DNA from: an uncultured Verrucomicrobiae bacterium
GTDB lineage: Bacteria; Verrucomicrobiota; Verrucomicrobiia; Chthoniobacterales; JAFAMB01
Reading direction: 5' to 3'
Assembly: GCA_963782115.1 (NCBI GenBank)
Contig: CAWAIK010000001.1
Span: 416,001-480,000, forward strand
DNA: 64,000 nt
The notes under the pieces: generated by a model
The model's database searches: none
What the model was told of the DNA's origin: nothing
The model's input: the letters and a program-made list of their open reading frames with translations, nothing else
In this document: positions 48,913-59,964 of the stretch, in pieces
How the letters are laid out: each line of letters starts with the position of its first letter
Position numbering within the stretch: the first letter of the stretch is position 1
Translations under genes and position numbers: made by a program

Positions 48913-49165
48913 GGAGGGAGGAAGTAGGGACAGGTCAGATAAGCGGACAGCCGAACGCGACGCCCTTGAATATTTGACCTGTCCTTTGTTCTGGATCCCT
49001 TGTTTCCGGAGGGAGGAAGTAGGGACAGGTCAGATAAGTGGACAGACAAATGCAACGCCCTTGAATATTTGACATGTCCCCTTGTTCTCGTCGGCGGATC
49101 TCGGGGACAGGCGGCGGACCTCGGCGACAGGTCAGATAAGCAGGCGGAAAAACGCAAACGCCCTT
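48913..49165. repeat. Second GTAG hairpin repeat family: two units at 95-bp period and a partial third
   Basis: GGAGGGAGGAAGTAGGGACAGGTCAGATAAG...GAATATTTGACCTGTCC at 48913 and 49008; partial copy from 49126. Confidence 0.85.
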
Positions 49166-49969
49166 CTAATTCCAGAAATGACGCAAGGCGGACGATTCTC
49201 CCGTTTTTGTGTTCCAGTGGAAAGAGTCATTGATAGCGCGCGTGATGTATTTCTTCGTGACTCTTACGGCCTCTTTTAGCGGTAGGCCGAGCGCTAGGTT
49301 CGCCGCGATTGCCGCGGAATAGGTGCAGCCGGTTCCGTGCGTGGAAACCCCATGCCGATATGGTTCGGAAAATTCATGCAGTCCATCGTCATCGATCAAT
49401 AAATCCACCGCCTGAGTCGATTTGAGGTGGCCGCCTTTCAGCAGGAACGGAACTTGAAATTTCTGGTAAAGCTCGACGGAGGCCTCACGCATTCGCGCGA
49501 GTGAATCCAGCTTGCTCCCGAGGATGGCTGCCGCTTCATCCAGGTTCGGCGTGACGAGATCAGCGAGCGGGAACATTCGAGACTTGTACCGTTCAAAAGC
49601 ACCGGGCTGCAGGAGCGGATCACCTGAAGTGGCTATCATGACAGGATCGACAACCAGGAAAGGCCGTTCGTTCCGCGGAAGTGCTTCGTACACTTCACAA
49701 ACCAAATCGATAATTTCGCGGCTGTACAGCATTCCGGTCTTGATCGCCACCACCGGGAAATGGGACAGACACAAGTTGAGCTGGTCCCGGACTATACTGT
49801 GCTCAACCGGTTGGATCGAAAGGACCTCTCCAGGTACTTCTGCAACAATACATGTGACAACCGTCCCGGCGTACACTTTGAAGTGGGTAAAGGTCTTCAG
49901 GTCCGCCTGAATTCCGGCGCCGCCAGAGTTGTCGGATCCGGCAATACTGACAGCTACAGGGGTTTGCAT
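49166..49969 (-). CDS. thiD: Hydroxymethylpyrimidine/phosphomethylpyrimidine kinase
   Basis: IAGSDNSGGAGIQADLKT, KTGML, VDPVM, TPNLDE, THGTGCT. Confidence 0.95.
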   Translation of the reverse strand: MQTPVAVSIAGSDNSGGAGIQADLKTFTHFKVYAGTVVTCIVAEVPGEVLSIQPVEHSIVRDQLNLCLSHFPVVAIKTGMLYSREIIDLVCEVYEALPRNERPFLVVDPVMIATSGDPLLQPGAFERYKSRMFPLADLVTPNLDEAAAILGSKLDSLARMREASVELYQKFQVPFLLKGGHLKSTQAVDLLIDDDGLHEFSEPYRHGVSTHGTGCTYSAAIAANLALGLPLKEAVRVTKKYITRAINDSFHWNTKTGESSALRHFWN

Positions 49970-50009
49970 AGAAAGAGACTTTTCGCTCAATATGGCGCAT
50001 TATAGTCTT

Positions 50010-50396
50010 GTGAGCTCAGTGTTTCGGGAACTGACGAATCTCCGCGTGATCATCGACAAGATTGTCTACTTGCCGACACTTGAGGCGCCACCGGAAAGGC
50101 CCTATCCATTTGTTTACTTTATAACGATCGACAATCAATCGGCCGAAACCGTCACGATCAGAGGCCGGAAATGGGTGATTACTGACCAGGCCGGCCAAAA
50201 GATTGTGGTCGAAGGAGACGGTGTTGTCGGCGAGTACCCGCGTCTTCGGCCGGGAGAGCGGTTCTCTTACAACAGCTATCACGTGATTGGTTTGGATAGC
50301 GTGGCGGAAGGCGCCTTCATCGGCCTCACAGATGAGGGAGTGCCGTTTGTGGTGCGCATCCCTCAATTCAAGATGGAGGTGCCGAAAGAGCTCTGA
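50010..50396 (+). CDS. apaG: ApaG domain protein
   Basis: YFITIDN, RKWVITD, VEGDGVVGEYP; start uncertain. Confidence 0.88.
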   Translation: MSSVFRELTNLRVIIDKIVYLPTLEAPPERPYPFVYFITIDNQSAETVTIRGRKWVITDQAGQKIVVEGDGVVGEYPRLRPGERFSYNSYHVIGLDSVAEGAFIGLTDEGVPFVVRIPQFKMEVPKEL

Positions 50397-50489
50397 GGTG
50401 TTCCGGCAGAAGGTGATAAATCCGAACGATTCGAGCTAAGCGCGAGGAGATATGGGTTGTAAGCAGTCTAAGCACAATGTCCTCTTCAA

Positions 50490-51038
50490 TTATCCGTAAA
50501 CAACAGCGTCCATCTTCACGTCGTGAAATTCATGTGGAATCTCAGAGATTCGCTGAGACTCAAAACAGACGCCGATCTTGACCGTGGTCGCAGGGATCGT
50601 GAAAAGGAACCTGTCGTAAAATCCCGCGCCGCGACCGAGCCGGACTCCTTGATCGGTAAAAGCGAGGCCGGGCACAACAATGAGGTCCAACTGTTCCAGA
50701 CGCGGGCCTGGAGCCGGCGCCCGGATTCCAAATCGCTCGCGCACAAGTTCCGAGAGCGCCAAAATTGGGCGAAAAGAGAGAACGTCACCTTCACACCGTG
50801 GATAGCTGACTAGATGATACTCAAGCAGGCCGAGGTCCCACAAAAGATCCAGGTCAGGTTCAGTCGGCGTCGGCGCGAACAAGCCGAGACTCTTCTTGCC
50901 GGAAAAGAAGGGGTGAAGCTTTTCGCAGATCCGGAGGGATCGCGTGTGTCGTTCGTTTTGCGACAGTTGCTTCAGTCGTTGGCGCATCGTGTCTCGCAAG
51001 CGGGATTTATCGGAAAACTGCGATCTGGGGTTTGCCAT
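50490..51038 (-). CDS. ygfA: 5-formyltetrahydrofolate cyclo-ligase
   Basis: DLIVVPGLAF...RLGRGAGFYDRFL, HDVKMD. Confidence 0.92.
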   Translation of the reverse strand: MANPRSQFSDKSRLRDTMRQRLKQLSQNERHTRSLRICEKLHPFFSGKKSLGLFAPTPTEPDLDLLWDLGLLEYHLVSYPRCEGDVLSFRPILALSELVRERFGIRAPAPGPRLEQLDLIVVPGLAFTDQGVRLGRGAGFYDRFLFTIPATTVKIGVCFESQRISEIPHEFHDVKMDAVVYG

Positions 51039-51069
51039 CGTCACACAATTCAATAATGACTTGTTTGTC

Positions 51070-51972
51070 GTGTCGAATATCTCCAGGAATCAAGGGCATC
51101 GTGTCAGCTTAAAACCTGGCAAGGGCTGGCTTAGGCGAAACTTTATTACCCAAGTTTATCTGCCCTCTCTCTTTACACGCCGAAAAGGGATAGCGCATAG
51201 ACCAGAATTTCCTGAGCTCGAGCCCGAACAGATTTGTTTGACCTGGATCGGTCATGCCTCCTTCTTAATCGGCTGGCGCGGACTTAACATTCTCGTGGAT
51301 CCAATCTGGTCGCTCTGGCTGAAAATCATTAAGCGCCTTCGGCGTCCGGGATTTCCGTTGCGTCACCTTCCTGCGATTGATCTGGTCTTCGTGACGCACG
51401 CCCATTTCGATCATCTGGACAGGCGAACTCTCCGACGGATCTCTGCATTTCAGCCCATCATCGTCCCGAACGGGGTTGGCAATTTAGTGCAGGACCTCGG
51501 ATTCAATCGGGTCCACGAACTGGATCGGTGGCAGACGCTGAATATCGGAGAAATCGGCGTCACGCTGACTCCGTGTCATCATTGGGGAGCCCGTGTTCTC
51601 CACGATTCTCATCGGGGCTTCGGCGGGTTTCATTTTAAGCTTGGCACCAGAACAATCCTTCACTGTGGGGACAGCGCCTATTTTTCGGGATTTGCGGAGA
51701 TCGGGCAAAGGTTGCCGACAGAGATCGCCTTATTACCGATCGGGGCTTATGATCCACCGACCCGGCGGGAAGTGCACATGAATCCCGAGCAAGCCATCCA
51801 GGCCTTTACGGAGTTGAATGCCCGGATTATGGTCCCAATGCATTACGGGTCATTTCGACTGAGTTTCGAGCCCCCGGAGGAGCCCCTGACCCGGTTGCGT
51901 GCGGCCATCAAACGTCATCACATCGAAGAAAGAGTCGTCGTGATGGAGGAAGGAATCCCCGGCATCTTCTAA
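51070..51972 (+). CDS. MBL-fold metallo-hydrolase (NAPE-PLD/RomA-like)
   Basis: WIGHAS, THAHFDHLD, GDSAY, LPIGAY, PMHYG; start uncertain. Confidence 0.88.
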   Translation: MSNISRNQGHRVSLKPGKGWLRRNFITQVYLPSLFTRRKGIAHRPEFPELEPEQICLTWIGHASFLIGWRGLNILVDPIWSLWLKIIKRLRRPGFPLRHLPAIDLVFVTHAHFDHLDRRTLRRISAFQPIIVPNGVGNLVQDLGFNRVHELDRWQTLNIGEIGVTLTPCHHWGARVLHDSHRGFGGFHFKLGTRTILHCGDSAYFSGFAEIGQRLPTEIALLPIGAYDPPTRREVHMNPEQAIQAFTELNARIMVPMHYGSFRLSFEPPEEPLTRLRAAIKRHHIEERVVVMEEGIPGIF

Positions 51973-52134
51973 TGGCGCTTGTGCTCGAGGTGCTCGGGTG
52001 TCGTCTCATACCACACCGAAGGGCTTTGTTCGTTCACTGATTCCTGCAATCGAAAACTGGTTCAGGTGTCGCCCAAAAATTGACAAGACGACTATCAGAA
52101 CGATGAGAACGAGCAAAGCGGCAGATGCTCTGAA

Positions 52135-53328
52135 CTATCGTTTCGTCCGGAACAACACGCTTGTTTTTACCTCTTCCTGGATCGCTGGCAGTTCTGCAGG
52201 ATTGCGATTGCAGAGCACCGCGGCGATAAGGGTTTCTCCTCGTCGATACCGTGCGATAAAGCCTCGTTTCTCTCTGCTCCCTTCGATATCTCCAAGCAGA
52301 TGAGGCGTACTGAAGTCGCCGACAAAATCGAAATGCATTCCGAGAACCTGGCTCGAACAGCTCGGGACGCCTTCAAATTTCTGGCGTTTGCGTCCGGTCA
52401 GATTCGCTCCGGCGATGAGACCCTGCAGCCGCGCCATTTCGATGTTCGTCGTGCGTTTGGCCCCTCCGTAAATGCGATCGGGATAAAGCGCGATATCCCC
52501 CACCGCGTAAATGCCTTTTTCGTCTGTCTCCAGGTACTCGTTGACCGGGCATCCGCTCGGGCTGCTCAGTGGGGTATTTGCCACAAGTTGCAGGTTGGGT
52601 TCGGTCCCAATCGCGACCACGGCAAGCCCCGCGGGAAATCGCATCCCGCTTTTAGTCTGGATGTTCTTGATTACCGTTTTCCCTTCGAATCCATTGAGAT
52701 TTTCATTTAGCAGCAATTGGATTCCGGCCTCCAGATAGGAATCGGTCAACCATTGTGCGCTCTCGGGGTCGAGCAGTTCCTGCCAGATCACCTTGTCCCG
52801 GCTCAGCAGGCTCAGCTTTGCGCCGGAACTGGTCAAAGAGGAGGAGACTTCTGCACCGAGAAAGCCGGATCCCACGACCACCACATGTTTCTCGCTTAAG
52901 AGGATCTCCCGGATCGCCAAGGCATCCCGGAAATTTCTGAGATAAACAACATTGCCAAGGTTTGCACCCGCCACTTGGGGACGTCTGGCCCGGCTGCCGG
53001 TTGCCAGGCATGCCTTGCGAAACTCGATAGTTTGACCGTTCTCGAGGACCGCAAGGCGGCGTTCAATATTGAACTCGCGCACGTAAGTCCCAAGTCGCAC
53101 TTCAATGCCCTTTTTCTTGTACCAATCCTCCGGTTTTTCGACCAGCTTTTCGAAAGGGACGCCGGAATCCTTCAGAAAAGACTTCGACAGGGGCGGTCGT
53201 TGATAGGGAAGATAGGGTTCATTGCTGACAAGGGTCACCGAGCCTTTGGTGTCATATTGGCGCAGTGAGTCGCAGACGCTGGCCCCACCGACGCCGCCGC
53301 CGACGATCAGATAATCACGTTGGATCAT
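52135..53328 (-). CDS. FAD/NAD(P) oxidoreductase (ferredoxin reductase/AIF-like)
   Basis: GGGVGG, PYQRPPLSK, LATG, GSGFLGAE, AVGDIA. Confidence 0.9.
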   Translation of the reverse strand: MIQRDYLIVGGGVGGASVCDSLRQYDTKGSVTLVSNEPYLPYQRPPLSKSFLKDSGVPFEKLVEKPEDWYKKKGIEVRLGTYVREFNIERRLAVLENGQTIEFRKACLATGSRARRPQVAGANLGNVVYLRNFRDALAIREILLSEKHVVVVGSGFLGAEVSSSLTSSGAKLSLLSRDKVIWQELLDPESAQWLTDSYLEAGIQLLLNENLNGFEGKTVIKNIQTKSGMRFPAGLAVVAIGTEPNLQLVANTPLSSPSGCPVNEYLETDEKGIYAVGDIALYPDRIYGGAKRTTNIEMARLQGLIAGANLTGRKRQKFEGVPSCSSQVLGMHFDFVGDFSTPHLLGDIEGSREKRGFIARYRRGETLIAAVLCNRNPAELPAIQEEVKTSVLFRTKR

Positions 53329-53411
53329 GCTTGAGCCGCCAATATATGGAGGCGTTGCGACTTTCTCGAAGAAAATCTCTGATACAAGCCGCGGCTTGTG
53401 CAAGCGGGAAG

Positions 53412-55447
53412 TTATCCGCCACTTCCTAAGAATTCCGAAGACCTATCCCGGCATCGCAAATCGGCTACCGAACTTCTCCTGCAAGCCGACCCGGACCCGT
53501 TCAAAATCTTCGCCGCCCGATGAGATCGCGGTAGGTCATTACGCCACCGCGGCCTGCCGGGTAACTCCATCCCAGCACTGAGGCCAGGTCGGCCATCGCA
53601 GGCGTCCTCAATAATGCCCTCTCGCATCGCGTGCAGCGCCTCGATTGTCTGAATCACGAATAAGCGTCGTTCGATCTCGTCTGGTACAGGTTGGTGGGCG
53701 GCCGGCGCGAAACAGATCGCGAAAATCAGCCGAATCGACACGCTCCTGGCGAGAGTTGTACTCGTAAATGCCGGCCCCACTTTTCCTTCCCAAACGTGAA
53801 CGACTCGTGAATTCCCTCAGGATGTCGACTGATTCGCTGGCGTCTCTCGCCGCGCCTCGTTGGTGTTTGGCCAAGCTTTCGAAAATATCGGCCAACAGGT
53901 CGAGCGACATCAGATCAGCCACAGTCAGAGGACCTAGAATCATGCCGGCATTCCGAGCGACGTTATCGATCATCCAGGGAGAAATCCCTTCGCGAACCAT
54001 GAAAAGGGCTTCCTGGAGATAAGCTGCTACGACCCTGCTGGTAAAAAATCCCGGACCATCCCGGACAATGATCGGGGTCTTCTCGAGCACCTTTGCCAAG
54101 CAGGAGCGCTCGCTCGATCGTTTCGGGAGCCGTTTTTTCTCCAACGACAATCTCCAGAAGTTCCATTCGATCCACCGGAGCAAAAAAGTGTGTTCCGAGA
54201 AATCGATCCGGGCGGTTGCATGCCAACGCGAGGTCGGAGATTGGAAGCGTCGTGGTGTTGGAAGCGATAATGGCTGCCGGATCGGCGAGCTCTGCAATCT
54301 CGGCGAGTTTGGCCTTCTTCAAGTTCGCGCGCTCAAAAATGGCTTCGACGATGAAGTCGCAGCGCGCGAGAACGGCAATCTCGGGAGCCCAACGAACCCG
54401 GGTTCAACAAGTCGGTTGGTGTCTCCTGCTTCAACAAACCTGAAATGGCGTCTTGTTGCGCAATCTTCTTCATGCGTTGAAGAGAACGCTCGGAAGCCTC
54501 GTGGCGATACGTCGACGACAAGAACTTCGTAGCCCGCTCGAGCGGCTGTGTAGGCGATCCCGGTCCCCATCAAGCCGGCTCCAAGAATCCCGATGCGTTT
54601 GATGGGATGTTGCTCGTTCACGACTCTGTGAAGCGCCTTTTGCCGCGCCAGGTGGAGGGTATTCACGCGGTTCAAGGTCGACCGTGAACGCCGCACGGTC
54701 GACCACTGCTCCGCTTCGAGGCGAATTCCAGCGTCAATCGATCGTTCGAGTCCGTCCTGGAGACATCGGAGGATGGCCGTGGGAGCTGCTTCCTCGGGAG
54801 TTACGCGGCGGCGGAGCTTGAGATAGATCTTCTCGAGGAGTTGGCGATTTGAGGATCTTTGAGAATAGGTCAAGGAGAGTTCCTGAGGAACACGGTCCCA
54901 TGGTTGTCCGGGTTTTGGATGAGCCTCGGCCCACTCCATGGCGGCCTCGGGCAGGCTCTGGTCCTTTACTTCAAATAATCCCGACGCAACCGCTTCCGTC
55001 ACGCTCACTTTCTCGCCCTGTAACAACAGTCGCGCCGCCAATTCGATGCCGCAGAGTCTGGGAAGTCGTTGTGTTCCTCCCAGAACCGGCATCAGGCCAT
55101 ATTTGAGCCAGGGAAAATCCAGACTGATCGTTCCGACGCTTGCGAATCGCACATGACACGCCAAAGCAATTTCGAGCTGGAGTCCGCCTATCGATTCGGA
55201 GACAAGCGCGACGGCGGCCTTTGGACCTTGCTCCATCTGCCGGATCGAGGTTGCGTAGGCGATCAATCAATGGGTCTTCGGCCAGAATCTGATCGACCTC
55301 GATCCTCTCCGTTTCCGAGTCGGCTGTGAAATTCGATCAATAGGGCGTTCGATCGCCGGATCGGAGAGCGCTGCCTCGATGCGATCGGCAATCTTTGAGT
55401 CCAAAGGTCCGTTCGCACGAAATTCGAGCGTTGCCTTCGGGGTTCAT
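53412..55447 (-). pseudogene. Fatty acid oxidation complex alpha subunit (enoyl-CoA hydratase/3-hydroxyacyl-CoA dehydrogenase, FadB/FadJ-like), several frameshifts
   Basis: GGTQRLPRL, GAGLMGTGIA, ASNTTTLPI, GTHFFAPV, PGFFTSR spread over several frames; frameshifts may be read errors. Confidence 0.8.
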
Positions 55448-56658
55448 ACGCGCTGGACGACCGTCGCAACCCCCATCCCTAAGACCGGTGCACATGGTGA
55501 CAACGCCGTGTTCAACGTTTCGCCTATGCATTTCATTGACCAGCGTGCCGATCAGAACCGCTCCGGTCGCCCCAACCGGGTGGCCCATCGCAATTGCGCC
55601 GCCAGCAACGTTGATTCGTTCGAGCGGCACTTTCGTCTTGTCCATGAAGTACAAAACGACCGAGGCAAATGCTTCGTTGACCTCGAAAAGATCGATATCG
55701 GATGCGATCAGGCCGGCCCGATCGAGCGCTTTGCGGGTGGCGGCAGCCGGGGCCGTCAGCATGATGCAGGGATCGTCCGCGGCGCTGGCGGTCGACAGAA
55801 TTTTCGCTTTGGGCTCCAGTCCGAATTGTTCCGCGATTCGTCCGTTCCCCATCAACACGACGACTGCGCCGTCCGCAATCCCGGAAGAATTGCCGGCGTG
55901 ATGAACGTGACGAATCTTGGAGATCTGCGGATATCGCAACCGGATGTAATCGCGATAATCATCCCCGATCCGCTCAAAAGCGGGCGATAAGCTTCGCCAG
56001 ACTCTCCGTCGTTACATTGTCCCGCATCAGTTCGTCTCGCGTGAGAACTGGATCGCCGTTGTCGTTGGTGATCGGCACGACCAAATCGTCAAAAAGGCCC
56101 TTGCTCCATGCCGCGCGGGCGCGCTGCTGGGATCTTGCGCCCAGAGCGTCAACGTCGTTCCGGGTGTATCCATGCAAAGTCGCGATGAGATCGGCGGACA
56201 GACCCTGTGGAATCTGGACGTTTGTATCTTTGAATGACACATCAGAAATCATCGGACCTCCTGAACCGAAGATGGAAAAGAGCGAAAGCATTTCCACGCC
56301 GCCGGCGATGATCAAGTCTGCCTGGCCCGACATCACCTTCGCCGCGGCGGTGTTGACGGCGTCCAAGCCGGATCCGCAGAATCGTCGACACCATGAAGCC
56401 GGGAGTTGTGACCCGGTAACCGGCTTGCAGCGCGCTCGATCTGGCCAGATTGCCGCCCTGATCGTTATACTGTTCGCAACATCCAAGTATTACTTCATCT
56501 GTAGACTGTTGGACCGGCGGATATCTGCGGCTCAGTTCCCGCAAAAGAGAACTGACCAGGCGCAACGGGGTCTGAGTATGGAGCTTGCCTGTCGATTTCC
56601 CGCGCCCGAGCGGCGTCCGAATAGCGTCGAAAATAAAGACTTCGGCAAGAGATGGCAT
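55444..56658 (-). pseudogene. Acetyl-CoA C-acyltransferase (thiolase), several frameshifts
   Basis: DAIRTP, RFCGSGL, GNSSGIADGA, NEAFA, GHPVGATG in different frames; ATGA overlap with the next gene. Confidence 0.85.
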
Positions 56659-56762
56659 AGATCGAGAAAAGGTTGCTTCTACATTACTCTTTTTCAGCCA
56701 AATAGCCAGCGACGGAACCGTTGCGCTGCAGGAGCGATTTCGTTATCTCTTCTCGAGGCCAA

Positions 56763-57818
56763 ATGAAGAAATATCGAATTGCGGTGATTCAGGGAGACGG
56801 AATTGGTAAGGAGGTTGTGCCTGAAGGGATCCGGGTGATCGATGCGGCGGCCAGGAAAGCCGGCGTTCAATTGGAGTGGCAACAGTTTCCCTGGAGTTGC
56901 GCGTACTACAAGGAAACTGGTCGAATGATGCCCGAAGACGGGCTCGACCAGATCCGGCATCATGACGCAATTTTTCTCGGCGCGGTCGGGTTCCCGGGCG
57001 TCCCGGATCATATCTCACTCTGGGGCCTGTTGATTCCGATTCGCCGCGTATTCGAGCAATATGCCAATATTCGTCCGGTGAGGTTAATGCCGGGAATCCA
57101 ATCCCCGCTGCGGAATCGGGACTATGGCGATATCGATTTCATCATCGTTCGCGAGAATAACGAAGGAGAATACTCTTCTGTCGGCGGACGAATGTTTGAA
57201 GGCACCGAGTTCGAGTTTGCGACACAACAATCAGTGTTCACGCGCCGTGGAGTCGACCGGATTTTGCGTTGCGCCTTCGAGACCGCCTCCAAACGGAGAA
57301 AAAAGCAGGTGACTTCGGCGACCAAATCGAACGGCATCACGATCACCATGCCGTTCTGGGATGAGCGATTTAAGGTGATCAGCGCTGAATATCCCCAGAT
57401 CAAGACCAACCAGTTTCATATCGACATTCTGACCGCCCACTTCGTACTGCATCCTGACTGGTTTGATGTCGTGGTTGGTTCGAATCTTTTCGGAGACATC
57501 CTCTCGGACCTCGGTCCCGCGTGCACTGGAACGATCGGCATCGCTCCCTCGGCGAATCTGAATCCGGAACGCGTTTTTCCTTCGATGTTCGAGCCGGTGC
57601 ACGGTTCGGCGCCGGATATCGCGGGCAAAGGGATCGCAAATCCGATCGGTCAAATCTGGTCCGGGGCAATGATGCTTGAGCATCTCGGCGAGCAGGATGC
57701 GGCTGGAGCTATAATCAAGGCGATTGAAAAGGTCCTGGAAACCGGACCTAAGACGCGGGACATCGGCGGCTCCGCATCGACAGAGGAAGTGGGTAAGGCC
57801 ATTGCGGCAGCGTTATAA
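56763..57818 (+). CDS. Tartrate/D-malate dehydrogenase (decarboxylating)
   Basis: GDGIGKEV, PDHISLWG, TKSNG, NLFGDILSD, EPVHGSAPDIAG. Confidence 0.92.
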   Translation: MKKYRIAVIQGDGIGKEVVPEGIRVIDAAARKAGVQLEWQQFPWSCAYYKETGRMMPEDGLDQIRHHDAIFLGAVGFPGVPDHISLWGLLIPIRRVFEQYANIRPVRLMPGIQSPLRNRDYGDIDFIIVRENNEGEYSSVGGRMFEGTEFEFATQQSVFTRRGVDRILRCAFETASKRRKKQVTSATKSNGITITMPFWDERFKVISAEYPQIKTNQFHIDILTAHFVLHPDWFDVVVGSNLFGDILSDLGPACTGTIGIAPSANLNPERVFPSMFEPVHGSAPDIAGKGIANPIGQIWSGAMMLEHLGEQDAAGAIIKAIEKVLETGPKTRDIGGSASTEEVGKAIAAAL

Positions 57819-58042
57819 CCGAGAAAGCTCCGTGAGGTCGTCGTAGCCGCCGAAAAACAGGTAGGTTGCCTTCAATCTACCGGGAGCGCCGCGTTGCAAT
57901 ACGCCTTGACACGCCCGATCCCTTGTGGCTGATTGCACGCTCCGCGCGAGCCAGAACTGCCGTTGGTCCCTGGGTTGCGGCCGCTTGGCCTGCAACCGCA
58001 CGCGCCAGGGGAAACCCGGCTAAGTATAAAAGTAAAATGCAT

Positions 58043-59078
58043 ATGCCCGTTCGTTTAGGTCGTTTCGAGATGCCCAAGAGCCTCACAAAAGATGAGGCCA
58101 CCGCAACCGAGACATACACCAAATTTACCGCTGAACCGTTTGAGGCCGGATATGGCCACACAGTCGGCAACTCTCTGCGCCGCGTTCTTCTTTCCTCTCT
58201 GGAAGGTGCGGCGATCACTTCGGTTCGAATTACTGGGGCGCAACATGAATTCGCATCGCTGCCGGGGATCGTTGAGGACGTGACCGATATGATCCTCAAT
58301 CTGAAAAAGATAAGATTCAAGGCAGTTGACCACGAGCCACGAACGGTCACGATCAATGTCAACAAAGAGGGGTTGGTCACTGCCGGTGACATCCAGACCA
58401 TCCAGGGTATTGAAGTGCTGAATACGGACCAGGTCATTTGCACCATCGACAAGCGGCAGAAGTTTGAAGCCGAGTTTGACGTCCGGATTGGACGCGGATT
58501 TTTTACGGGAGACGAGAACAAACGTGCGGACATGCCGATAGGCGTTATCCCGATCGATTCAATTTTTTCACCGGTGATTCGGGTGAAGTACAGCCGTCGA
58601 GAATACTCGCGTCGGCCAGCGTACTGATTACGATAAGCTGGTTCTTGAAGTCTGGACGGACGGACGGATCACTCCGGAAGACGCGCTTCTTCAGGCTTCC
58701 GCCATCCTACGTCATCACCTGGATGTGTTCGTGAATTATGACGACAGCCAGGTCGAGTTTGATGAAACGCCGGAGGAAGTCAGCCAGGAGAATACCCGGC
58801 TCAAGAAACTCCTGAATATGAGCGTTAACGAAATCGAACTCTCGGTTCGTGCCGCGAATTGCTTGAACAACGCCAATATCACGACCGTAGGCCAGCTAGC
58901 AATGAAGACGGAAGCGGAGATGTTGAAGTATCGTAATTTCGGGAAGAAGTCGCTGAACGAGATCAAAGAAAAATTGCAACAGCTTGGTCTGAGCCTGGGG
59001 ATGAAATTTGAGTCGGGATTAGTTGAACCGCCAATGGGCGGCGAACGGAGTGACGAGGGCAAATTGGTCTCTCTCTAA
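58043..59078 (+). CDS. rpoA: RNA polymerase alpha subunit, one +1 frameshift near 58593 (probable read error)
   Basis: EPFEAGYGHTVGNSLRRVLLSS, VENTRVGQRTDYDKL, ELSVRAANCL, NFGKKSL. Confidence 0.95.
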
Positions 59079-59083
59079 GAATT

Positions 59084-59488
59084 ATGCGTCACGCAAAGAA
59101 GACCATTAAATTGGGCCGCAAATCCGAGCATCGGAATCTCTTGCTGGCGAACCAGGTTTGCAGCCTCATTGCGTACAATCGAATTAAGACGACTTTGGCA
59201 AAAGCAAAGGCTGTCAGGCCGTTTGCGGAAAGGATGATCACTCTCGGTAAACGGGGTGATCTCCATGCACGTCGTGTGGCCTTTTCTTTTCTGCGGCAGA
59301 AGGAAGCTGTTCGAAGATTGTTTGCCGAACTGGCGCCTCGCACCATGAGTCGGCAAGGTGGCTATTGCCGGATCGTGAAGCTTGGTCCGAGACAAAGCGA
59401 TTCCGCAGCGATGGCCTATATCGAGTTCGTGGACCAACCGGGAGCAGAGACGAAGCCTGAGACCAAGGCAGCGACTGAGAAGAAGTAA
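59084..59488 (+). CDS. rplQ: 50S ribosomal protein L17
   Basis: MRH...KLGR, IKTTLAKAK, GGYCRIVK. Confidence 0.97.
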   Translation: MRHAKKTIKLGRKSEHRNLLLANQVCSLIAYNRIKTTLAKAKAVRPFAERMITLGKRGDLHARRVAFSFLRQKEAVRRLFAELAPRTMSRQGGYCRIVKLGPRQSDSAAMAYIEFVDQPGAETKPETKAATEKK

Positions 59489-59547
59489 CAGCCGGTTATT
59501 TAGCGGCATTTCGGGGCAGATCTATTCAAGCTTTTTCCTGAAGGTCG

Positions 59548-59937
59548 TCAGCTAAGAATCTCGAACGCCTTCTTCAGGTTATTCGGCCTGAAGATCAGAA
59601 CCCCTTTTTCCGCGTTTGGCGCAGTCGCCAAGTAGGCGTATTCGATGTTGACTTTCTCTGCGGCGAGCTTTTTCGCGATTTCGGATAATGTTCCGGGCTT
59701 GTTGTCGTGCTCCAGCATCAGGACATCGTTTTCCAGGACAAGCGTGCCGTGTTCTTCAAAAATGGACAATGCCTTTTTGTGATCGCTGACGACCATGCGC
59801 ACCACGGCGTGATCCACCGTATCCGAAATCGTTAAGCCGAAGATATTGATCTGCTCTGCTGCCAATGCATCGCAGACGGCGGCGAGGGTGCCTGGCTTGT
59901 TCGCGAGGAACAGCGCAAGTTGAGTCGTAATTTCCAT
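59548..59937 (-). CDS. Tandem ACT domain protein
   Basis: LANKPGTLA and DNKPGTLS...NIEYAY. Confidence 0.88.
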   Translation of the reverse strand: MEITTQLALFLANKPGTLAAVCDALAAEQINIFGLTISDTVDHAVVRMVVSDHKKALSIFEEHGTLVLENDVLMLEHDNKPGTLSEIAKKLAAEKVNIEYAYLATAPNAEKGVLIFRPNNLKKAFEILS

Positions 59938-59964
59938 AAGCTAACTGATCGGTGCAGACGTCTC

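Noticed and set aside
48913..49165. Possible CRISPR array
   Set aside because: Only two and a half units, the would-be spacers resemble each other, and no cas genes are present; fits REP-like hairpins better
51038..51070. 6S RNA upstream of ygfA, a common linkage
   Set aside because: Almost no intergenic space; the upstream DNA is the divergent MBL gene
57813..58001. Minus-strand 62-aa ORF or rpsD remnant before rpoA
   Set aside because: No S4 motifs or other recognisable similarity, and it overlaps the likely rpoA promoter and leader
58585..58600. Programmed frameshift in rpoA
   Set aside because: No slippery sequence, and neighbouring genes carry similar indels, favouring sequencing error
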